The position numbers were made by a program, and so were the translations under genes. A DNA stretch of 32,000 bases from NCBI RefSeq assembly GCF_000698785.1, contig NZ_CP007536.1:1920001-1952000 (forward strand), read 5' to 3'. The notes under the pieces were generated by a model. It saw nothing but the letters and a program-made list of their open reading frames with translations. It did not search any database and was not told the DNA's origin. This DNA is from Nitrososphaera viennensis EN76 (GTDB lineage Archaea > Thermoproteota > Nitrososphaeria > Nitrososphaerales > Nitrososphaeraceae). Of the stretch, positions 1-6,694 are shown one piece after another (position 1 is the stretch's first letter; every line of letters begins with the position of its first letter).

Positions 1-6
1 CGCCTC

Positions 7-312
7 TTGTGGTTCCTCTTTGCCGGCTCCCGGGGCGGCGAAAACCGGATCAAGATCATAGGCCTCTTGAAGGAAAGGCCGTACAACACGAACCAGCTTG
101 CAGAGGCGATGGGCCTCGACTACAAGGCCATCCAGCACCACATACACGTGCTGGAGAAAAACAACATGGTCACAAGGGCAGGCGAAAAGTACGGCGTGCT
201 TTACTTCATATCGCCGTACCTTGAGCACAACATCGGCGCGTTTGACGAGGTCAGGGCAGCCATCGACAAGAAAATGGGAAGCAGTAGCAATAAAAGATCT
301 GGAAAAAAGTAA
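7..312 (+). CDS. Winged-helix (ArsR-like) transcriptional regulator; the 5' end may lie left of the window
   Basis: The translation NRIKIIGLLKERPYNTNQLAEAMGLDYKAIQHHIHVLEKNNMV has the typical ArsR/SmtB helix-turn-helix plus wing layout. The ORF opens at the window edge with a non-ATG codon. Confidence 0.7.
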   Translation: MWFLFAGSRGGENRIKIIGLLKERPYNTNQLAEAMGLDYKAIQHHIHVLEKNNMVTRAGEKYGVLYFISPYLEHNIGAFDEVRAAIDKKMGSSSNKRSGKK

Positions 313-352
313 ATAAGATGAATCGGTTGCGCTTCAATGTAGTAACAACGCT

Positions 353-643
353 ATGGCAATGCTGATGGACGTTAGCGCGGCTGTGAGCCTGGTAAACATC
401 GGGATACTGGCCGTGCTCCTTGCCATGTACGGGCGCATATACCGCAACACGAGGGCGGTGTTCACGCTCGGCCTCATGTTCTTTGCAGGCATGCTTGTCC
501 TCCACAACGCCATAGCGGTCTATGGATACTTTGCGATGGCCCCACTCTATGCCGAGGCGCTCCTGCCGTACTTCGTGGGCGTGCACATTGCGGAACTTGC
601 CGGCATCGCCACGCTCCTGAAGGTCACGCTCAGGCCGCTCTGA
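353..643 (+). CDS. Small integral membrane protein (about 3 TM helices), function unknown
   Basis: 96-aa ORF with three long hydrophobic segments. It has an ATG start, is co-directional with and close to the regulator, and has G+C-rich third codon positions. Confidence 0.6.
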   Translation: MAMLMDVSAAVSLVNIGILAVLLAMYGRIYRNTRAVFTLGLMFFAGMLVLHNAIAVYGYFAMAPLYAEALLPYFVGVHIAELAGIATLLKVTLRPL

Positions 644-711
644 CTGGTAATCTGGTGCAGATCTGGAAAAAAGTATATCAGCAAAATCTGCAAAGCACCG
701 CATGAATTAGT

Positions 712-1521
712 GTGGTAGTAGAGACAAGCGTGCTTGTATCCGCGCTTGCAGGCGCAGGTTCGTTCTTTTCGCCGTGCATACTTCCAATACTGCCGGCGTT
801 CATTTCGTACCTTTCTGGCACGACTCTATCGGAGGTGCAGAACCAGAATCGGGACCAAGGTCAGGGTCAGCAGGCATCAGCTGCCGGTGGCGGCTCATCA
901 TCGTCATCATCAGTCACGTTAAAGCGCTCTACGCGCCTCAACATCTTTCTCAACACCGTGTATTTCGTGCTGGGCTTTTCGCTCGTTTTTGCGGTGCTCG
1001 GCGTCATTTTTAATTCGGTGCTTGCCGGCGCTGGCGCAGGCTTTCAGGGCACGCTGCAGGCAGCCGGCGGCATAGTGATCATCGTTTTTGGAGCCTACCT
1101 CATACTCTCCACAAAGATTGCAAAACTCAATTTTGAAAAGCGCATGACAAACCTCCCGAAATTCAAGACCAGCTACATCACTTCGTTTGTCTTTGGGGCG
1201 GCGTTTGCGTCGGGGTGGACGCCGTGCGTCGGGCCTATCCTTGGAAGCACGCTTGCCCTTGCCGCAACTTCGCCGGGGGCCGCGTACAATTCGCTCCTTG
1301 CTTATGCCATCGGCCTTGGCGTGCCGTTTCTGATAACGGGCGCGTTCTTTTCGCAGGCGACCGGCGTCATCCGCAGGATGGTCAGGCACCTGAAGTATTT
1401 CAACCTGATAATGGGAGGCGTGCTCATCCTGCTGGGCATACTGGTGTTCACCAACCAGCTGGCAGCCATTGCCAACTTTCCGCTTGCCGACCAGATAATC
1501 AACCTGGAGAGGGGGATTTGA
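712..1521 (+). CDS. ccdA: CcdA/DsbD-family thiol:disulfide electron-transfer membrane protein
   Basis: FFSPCILPILPAF and WTPCVGPILG are the two conserved Cys-containing CcdA/DsbD TM motifs. It is a multi-TM protein with a Q/G/S low-complexity insertion (NQNRDQGQGQQASAAGGGSSSSSS) after TM1. Confidence 0.85.
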   Translation: MVVETSVLVSALAGAGSFFSPCILPILPAFISYLSGTTLSEVQNQNRDQGQGQQASAAGGGSSSSSSVTLKRSTRLNIFLNTVYFVLGFSLVFAVLGVIFNSVLAGAGAGFQGTLQAAGGIVIIVFGAYLILSTKIAKLNFEKRMTNLPKFKTSYITSFVFGAAFASGWTPCVGPILGSTLALAATSPGAAYNSLLAYAIGLGVPFLITGAFFSQATGVIRRMVRHLKYFNLIMGGVLILLGILVFTNQLAAIANFPLADQIINLERGI

Positions 1522-1527
1522 TATAAT

Positions 1528-2685
1528 ATGAACCGCGACAGCGCAAGCGCCCTTGCCGTGGGCGTCGCGGTGGTGGTGCTCATCGCCGGCTTTGGCTTTT
1601 ACTTCAACAGCCCCGAGCTGAACAGCAAGGCGTCGGCAGGCCCGGGTGAAATAATCCCGGCAGGCACCGCCAATATTGCAAAAACGCACGCGGACAAGTC
1701 GCAATTCAAGCAGGCACCAGAGCTTGCAGGCATCTCCAACTACATCAACTCGCAGCCGTTCAAGCTTGCCGACCTGAAGGGCAAGGTGGTGCTCGTCGAT
1801 TTCTGGACGTACAGCTGCATCAACTGCATCCGCACTATTCCGTATCTGAACGCGTGGTATGAAAAGTACGCCGACCACGGGCTGGTCATTGTAGGAGTCA
1901 GCACGCCTGAGTTTGACTTTGAAAAGAATCCCGAAAACGTCCAGGCCGCGGTGGAAAAGTTCGGGATAAAGTACCCCGTCGTGCAGGACAACGACCGTGG
2001 CACGTGGAACGCCTACCAGAACCGCTACTGGCCGCACAAGTTCCTTGTAGACGACGAAGGGTTCGTCCGGTACGACCACATCGGCGAGGGCAGCTACGAG
2101 GAGACAGAGCAAGTCATCCAATCGTTGTTGCAAGAGCGCGCGGCAAACCTGGGCCAGAACGCAACCATAAACGCGTCATCATCATCAACAACAACAACCC
2201 CTGTCAAGCCAGAGGGCGCGCAGAGCGTCGACTTTGGCAGGATAAACACGCCCGAGCTTTACTTTGGCTACAAGTTTGCCCGCGCAAACCTCGGAAACCC
2301 GGAGGGCTTTGACCCCGGCAAGGTGGTGAAATACACGCTGCCGGACGACGTCGACGACATCCAGCCAAACATCATCTACCTTTCCGGCGACTGGCTCAAC
2401 AACCCCGACAGCATGGAGCTGAAAAGCCACACCGGAAGGATAGTGCTAGAGTACTCGGCCAAGTCCGTCAACATCGTCGCCGGCGGGGCCGGCAAGGCGT
2501 ACGTGTCAGAAGACGGCCATGCAGTGGGGCCTGACAGGGGCGCCGACGTCAATGAAAATAACATAGCTGACATCAGCGGCCAGCGCCTCTACAACCTTGC
2601 GACACACGGGGGCTATGCCCGCCACACTCTTGTCATAGACGTGGTGGGGGAGGGATTCACGGTCTACACCTTTACCTTTGGATAA
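1528..2685 (+). CDS. Membrane-anchored thioredoxin-fold (TlpA/ResA-like redoxin) protein with a DipZ-like C-terminal beta domain
   Basis: N-terminal TM anchor. VVLVDFWTYSCINCIRTIPYL is a CxxC redoxin motif. The C-terminal half (TPELYFGYKFARANLGNPEG...LSGDW) resembles the C-terminal domain of mycobacterial DipZ. The gene starts 6 nt after ccdA. Confidence 0.85.
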   Translation: MNRDSASALAVGVAVVVLIAGFGFYFNSPELNSKASAGPGEIIPAGTANIAKTHADKSQFKQAPELAGISNYINSQPFKLADLKGKVVLVDFWTYSCINCIRTIPYLNAWYEKYADHGLVIVGVSTPEFDFEKNPENVQAAVEKFGIKYPVVQDNDRGTWNAYQNRYWPHKFLVDDEGFVRYDHIGEGSYEETEQVIQSLLQERAANLGQNATINASSSSTTTTPVKPEGAQSVDFGRINTPELYFGYKFARANLGNPEGFDPGKVVKYTLPDDVDDIQPNIIYLSGDWLNNPDSMELKSHTGRIVLEYSAKSVNIVAGGAGKAYVSEDGHAVGPDRGADVNENNIADISGQRLYNLATHGGYARHTLVIDVVGEGFTVYTFTFG

Positions 2686-2837
2686 CAACAACAAAGCTTG
2701 TCCCGCCCCGTACCCTGATTCCTCGTTTTATGCAAAAATGAGCATGACGGCATTAAATGCCGTTAAATGGCATTATATGGTGATATGTGCCAAATGCCAG
2801 CGCGCTCCTTAATTCCAGCTTTGCTTATTAGGCAGCA

Positions 2838-2927
2838 AAAGGGGAGAGAATGGAAGCTTTCCCGAGCATCCCGTTCTCCCTCCGCGGCGTCGAAAACCGT
2901 GTTGCCGGCGCCGCGACTCTCCCCTTT
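2838..2927. other. Long-range perfect 11-bp inverted repeat (AAAGGGGAGAG ... CTCTCCCCTTT) enclosing smaller hairpins; either a candidate structured RNA or a small-ORF region
   Basis: Arms at 2838-2848 and 2917-2927 are exact reverse complements. Inside them lies GCGGCG(2884-2889)/CGCCGC(2908-2913). The element sits in a 288-bp gap between two convergent gene ends. Confidence 0.35.
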
Positions 2928-2973
2928 GAAAAATTAATGCCCTTCTGTAATGTTTTGGCGACCCTCTGCTAAA

Positions 2974-3390
2974 CTATTCTTGTTTCTGCTTGCTGTTGTT
3001 GAAGCCAAAATAGCAGGCATGGCACAGCTCCTTGCCGTATATCACGCCCGAGTTGCCGCACTTTATGCAGACCTTTGCGTGGTCGACGGTCGAGTCAAGA
3101 GACTTGGCCTTTTGAAGGCACTTGCCGCATATCGGGGCATCCAGGCTGTAGCTGGAGAGAAAGCCTGCGCCGCACTGCGTGCATTTCAGGCTGTACATCT
3201 TGCCTTTTGGCTTCCAGCGGTTGAACAATCCCACAGGAATTTCACTATACAAGTCCGAATAATCAATCTTGCTGTCCAATGTTACCCGGTGCCCCTGCGC
3301 CAAGCGGAATCTTGGCCTTGTGTACACATGTGCATCGATATGCTGATATATCATCCGCCGCCAGAGCTTCTCCGTACATGTCCGAGGCAA
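2974..3390 (-). CDS. Cysteine-rich double zinc-ribbon protein, function unknown (start codon uncertain: TTG at 3390 or ATG at 3354)
   Basis: Two CxxC...CxxC pairs (CTQC..CGKC and CIKC..CHAC). In a 60-nt sample I counted, third codon positions on this strand were 16/20 G+C, against 10/20 for the overlapping plus-strand ORF. Confidence 0.5.
   Translation of the reverse strand: MPRTCTEKLWRRMIYQHIDAHVYTRPRFRLAQGHRVTLDSKIDYSDLYSEIPVGLFNRWKPKGKMYSLKCTQCGAGFLSSYSLDAPICGKCLQKAKSLDSTVDHAKVCIKCGNSGVIYGKELCHACYFGFNNSKQKQE
3345..3352 (+). promoter_or_regulatory. TATA-like box (GATATATC) about 30 nt upstream of the pyrI ATG
   Basis: AT-rich octamer centred about 30 nt before ATG 3378. The same spacing recurs at several other genes in this window. 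Confidence 0.4.
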
Positions 3391-3839
3391 GCCAGCTCCT
3401 CGTCCGCAGGATAAAGGACGGGACCGTCATCGACCACATCGAAAGCGGCAAGGCTCTCCTTGTTCTCACCGCGCTTGCAATCACCGGCAGGGAGGGAAAC
3501 GTGGTGACCGTGGCGCTGAACGTCCCTTCAAGCAAGCACGGCAAGAAGGACATCATCAAGGTCGAGAATCGCTACCTTGAGACAAGCGAGACCAACAAGC
3601 TCGCCCTCATCGCGCCAAGGGCGACCATCAATATCATCAAAGACTACAAGCTGGTGGAAAAGCGCAAGATCCAGCTCCCTGATTCCATCTCCGGCATCTT
3701 CAAGTGCCCCAACCTGAAATGCATAACAAACTCGGGCGAGGAAATAAGGTCCAAGATCGACGTCATCGACAAGGAAAAGCTGGTGCTGAAATGCCGCTAC
3801 TGCGCCCGGGTCATCTCTGTCGACGAATTGGTGTTCTGA
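3378..3839 (+). CDS. pyrI: Aspartate carbamoyltransferase regulatory chain
   Basis: LLVRRIKDGTVIDHIESGKAL at the N-terminus and a C-terminal zinc domain (CPNLKCITN...LKCRYC) are characteristic of PyrI. The start is placed at ATG 3378 by alignment logic with archaeal PyrI N-termini. Confidence 0.9.
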   Translation: MSEASQLLVRRIKDGTVIDHIESGKALLVLTALAITGREGNVVTVALNVPSSKHGKKDIIKVENRYLETSETNKLALIAPRATINIIKDYKLVEKRKIQLPDSISGIFKCPNLKCITNSGEEIRSKIDVIDKEKLVLKCRYCARVISVDELVF

Positions 3840-3881
3840 GGCTACGAGCTTTGGCCTGAAAGCAACCTTGCCTTCACGCGG

Positions 3882-3934
3882 TTTTCTTCTCTCTCTTTCT
3901 TCTTTCACTGCTGCCCCTCCCCCCCCCTCTCCCC
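3882..3934 (+). repeat. Polypyrimidine (CT-rich) tract, 50 of 53 bases pyrimidine on the plus strand
   Basis: TTTTCTTCTCTCTCTTTCTTCTTTCACTGCTGCCCCTCCCCCCCCTCTCCCC lies directly downstream of pyrI. Its T-runs could serve as an archaeal oligo-T terminator. Confidence 0.6.
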
Positions 3935-3984
3935 GCGGTGCTCTATTGCTTTTATTGCGCGCTCGGCTCTTTGCAGCCATACAC

Positions 3985-4137
3985 ATGCACGAATACCTGT
4001 CGGCTCTGAAAAGTTTGTACAGGTCCTGTACCGTTTGCGCCAAGAGGACTCCGCACACCTGCATAAAGTGCGGCCGCTGCTACTCTTGCCATCCGATGAT
4101 CGAGTCAGCAGGACACCAGAGGCTTCTTGCGGCCTGA
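3985..4137 (+). CDS. Possible 50-aa cysteine-rich metal-binding miniprotein
   Basis: MHEYLSALKSLYRSCTVCAKRTPHTCIKCGRCYSCHP... has CxxC-x7-CxxCxxCxxCHP, which is close to but not identical with the CxxCxxCxxxCP ferredoxin motif. Third positions are G+C rich. The longer ORF from 3868 runs through the polypyrimidine tract and is less plausible. Confidence 0.35.
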   Translation: MHEYLSALKSLYRSCTVCAKRTPHTCIKCGRCYSCHPMIESAGHQRLLAA

Positions 4138-4248
4138 CCTCTGTTATCCCACAAATATGAGATGAGATATATCGTGATGTTTTCTGTCCAACTATTAGAA
4201 AGAGTTTAAAAAAGGAAGGATGAGCATCTGCTCAATCCAATATGCGTC

Positions 4249-5301
4249 CTAGCTAAAGGTGTTGCATTCACGCGGATCAGTGAATGAAGTAGTGCCTGAT
4301 GTTGATGGCGAAAGTATGTCTCTTGTCTGGGATGTAGTAGCTGCTGTGTTAAGGTTGTCCCATAGTGTCTTTCCTGTCACCAACGATGCATCGTACACTA
4401 GCGATCCACTGACATCTTTGATCACTTTTGGACTGCTGTTTGAATCAGCTGATAGGGTCGAGGAACCTGAAGATAAGAGCCATTGGTCTTGGTAGGTGTG
4501 GAAGGTGTTGACTGAGCCCAGAGTTGGATTATATCCAAGTGGTTGGCTGTACAACCATGAATTGGACCCCAACGTGATCTGCACCACGTATGAAGAAGGA
4601 TTCGCCATTGGAAATGGTTGAAGCATCGCATCAACTTTGTAATTCGAACCAGCTGATACGGTTGCCGGAATGGTTGTAAATGGATATTGTCTTACTCCCA
4701 TCGAATCCACATACGAATATGTCATTAGCCAGCCTGTGCGCGAGCCTAAGTTATTGCCAGTTCCGAAATCTACTTGGAAGAAGTCATAGTTCGTCCCGGA
4801 AGCAGGATAGTAGAAGTTCACCGGATTGTAGAAGAATCCTACACTCGTTCCAGTAACAGAGCCTGTAGGCATCTGCCAAGTCTCTTCATATCCAATAGTT
4901 TGTGAATTAGATGTTGTTGCCCAGTTTGCTCCTTCCTGATATAGTCCCGCAGTAGGACCACGACATACTGGAACAATTTCTCCACCCGTGCCTTTTATGC
5001 CAGCTTCATACTTGATGTTCAGAGGCTTGCCGTTATCGTCCGTCATGTGAGGAATAGTTACGTATCCTCCTTCGGGTGTGGCAATCGCGTTGGCAGGCAC
5101 TGGAATTCCTGGCTGTGGCGTAGTTGGTTCCAAGACTAAATCCTCTTTTGGATGTGATGCTGCCATCTGTTCTCCCTGTTGAGTTGTTGCCGCGGTTGCA
5201 TTCTGTACAAGGGGCGCCAATGCTGGCTGTAGGCCAAAGGAAAGAACCAGCATTGTAGCGATTCCCAAAGTGATGGATAACGTTCTCAGAGACTCCATCA
5301 T
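4249..5301 (-). CDS. Secreted or surface protein, beta-rich, no family recognised
   Basis: N-terminal signal/anchor (LSITLGIATMLVLSFGLQPALA). The mature part is rich in T/S/G/N/Y, typical of extracellular beta-sandwich proteins. The gene is low in G+C relative to its flanks. Confidence 0.7.
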   Translation of the reverse strand: MMESLRTLSITLGIATMLVLSFGLQPALAPLVQNATAATTQQGEQMAASHPKEDLVLEPTTPQPGIPVPANAIATPEGGYVTIPHMTDDNGKPLNIKYEAGIKGTGGEIVPVCRGPTAGLYQEGANWATTSNSQTIGYEETWQMPTGSVTGTSVGFFYNPVNFYYPASGTNYDFFQVDFGTGNNLGSRTGWLMTYSYVDSMGVRQYPFTTIPATVSAGSNYKVDAMLQPFPMANPSSYVVQITLGSNSWLYSQPLGYNPTLGSVNTFHTYQDQWLLSSGSSTLSADSNSSPKVIKDVSGSLVYDASLVTGKTLWDNLNTAATTSQTRDILSPSTSGTTSFTDPRECNTFS

Positions 5302-5456
5302 TGGTGACTAGAGTAATTATAGATATAAAAATAAGATAATAATAATCAGGAAGATACTTATAGTGGCATTATAGCTGCATATGCCAATTTTTTGGGACGT
5401 ACAGCTACAGATAGCTTCCATAAGACAAAAATATAGGAAAAACTTATTGGAAATTA

Positions 5457-6302
5457 TTGCATAATCGTAGTTACTATCATATTATTTTGTTTTCTATCAT
5501 TCTTTTCATCGGAAGCATTCCGATGTCGTTTGCGCAAGATATCTCAACAGGACCTCCACCACCACAACCGATAGTCGTGATGACGGACAAATCCGTCTAT
5601 GTCTCGAATGAGACAGTTATAATTTCGGGGCGGGTCAATCAGGTGCAGCTCCCAAGCAATTCAGTATCAATAGAGATTATCGATCCTCTAGGAGGAAAGA
5701 CATCTGCAATAGTACCACTGTCAGAAAATGGAAGCTATAGCTATAATCTTGATGTTTCAAGTGCTCTTCGCATCACCGGCGAATACAGAGCAATAGCGAC
5801 CTACGGCGGGCACAACTCGGTAACATTATTCATGATCATAGCTCATCCATACATTCTGACGATAGAGGGCAAGAGCCATCCAATTGATTATACCATTGAA
5901 AGTGGCCTTTTGACCAACATTACTGCTAACGTTCAAGAAAAATCATTGGCGTTGCATGTAGTTAATTCCACCAAGACGAGCAAGCTTACTATTTCTCTAC
6001 CTAGAGATATAATTGATTCCCAAGGCGATGCTGGTGACATGCCTTTCACGGTTTTCGCAAATGACAGACAAGTTCAATTCAACGAAACCAAATTAAGCAG
6101 TGGCGCTAGAACTCTGGAAATCAACCTTCCGTACGAAGGTCAAGCTAATCCTACTGGAACGTGGAACGTAAAAATTATCGGAACCAAAATAATACCTGAA
6201 TTTGGTTCGCTGACCCTGGCCGTTTTGGCAGTAGGCGGAATTGTCGTTTCAATGATGCTGAGGAACGGCGTTCTTGGTTTCTATAGGTTCAGAGAACCAT
6301 AG
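5457..6302 (+). CDS. Surface protein with an N-terminal signal peptide and a C-terminal PEFG-CTERM sorting signal
   Basis: Signal peptide HIILFSIILFIGSIPMSFAQ. The MTDKSVYVSNETVIISGRV Ig-like start is typical of thaumarchaeal PEFG proteins. The C-terminus is IIPEFGSLTLAVLAVGGIVVSMMLRNG followed by basic residues. Only a TTG start preserves the signal peptide. Confidence 0.8.
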   Translation: MHNRSYYHIILFSIILFIGSIPMSFAQDISTGPPPPQPIVVMTDKSVYVSNETVIISGRVNQVQLPSNSVSIEIIDPLGGKTSAIVPLSENGSYSYNLDVSSALRITGEYRAIATYGGHNSVTLFMIIAHPYILTIEGKSHPIDYTIESGLLTNITANVQEKSLALHVVNSTKTSKLTISLPRDIIDSQGDAGDMPFTVFANDRQVQFNETKLSSGARTLEINLPYEGQANPTGTWNVKIIGTKIIPEFGSLTLAVLAVGGIVVSMMLRNGVLGFYRFREP

Positions 6303-6378
6303 GGTTGAAATACCTGCATCATAATTTTTCACAGCCTGCGGCATAAAACTCCAACTGACACTGAGCTCCTGCTCAAAA

Positions 6379-6648
6379 TCAAGGCAGCATTGTATGTCCT
6401 GAAAGCGACCTTATCTTTACTATCCTGTTATTGTTTTCCCTCTTCTTCCACCCGTCTTTTCCCGGCTTTATCCTGTCGATGGCAAAGTGAAAGCCGATGA
6501 GCGGGCCAAACGCCGCAACCGTGACCGCGGCAAGGGTTTGGTCCTGCAGGTAAAGCAGCAGGTACAGCGTTATTCCCGCGCCGGTCATTATCTCTATCCA
6601 CGTGCATGTGCACAGCTGCATCGCGACACGTTTCAGGCTGAAGGCCAT
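6379..6648 (-). CDS. Small 2-TM membrane protein, function unknown
   Basis: 89-aa ORF with two hydrophobic helices, lying 46 nt downstream of and co-directional with the MBL-like gene. Confidence 0.4.
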   Translation of the reverse strand: MAFSLKRVAMQLCTCTWIEIMTGAGITLYLLLYLQDQTLAAVTVAAFGPLIGFHFAIDRIKPGKDGWKKRENNNRIVKIRSLSGHTMLP

Positions 6649-6694
6649 TACAAATGAAACTGCGGCCTTCAGCTATATGACCATTTTTCCAGAT

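Noticed and set aside
919-2133. 404-aa minus-strand ORF antisense to ccdA and the thioredoxin gene
   Set aside because: It is Arg/Ala/Val-rich, which is typical of spurious antisense frames in G+C-rich DNA. The plus-strand genes carry unmistakable CcdA and CxxC redoxin motifs.
2950-3414. 154-aa plus-strand ORF overlapping the zinc-ribbon gene
   Set aside because: In a 60-nt sample, third-position G+C was 10/20 in this frame against 16/20 for the minus-strand frame. The minus frame also has paired CxxC motifs. Extending this ORF would also swallow the pyrI promoter and start.
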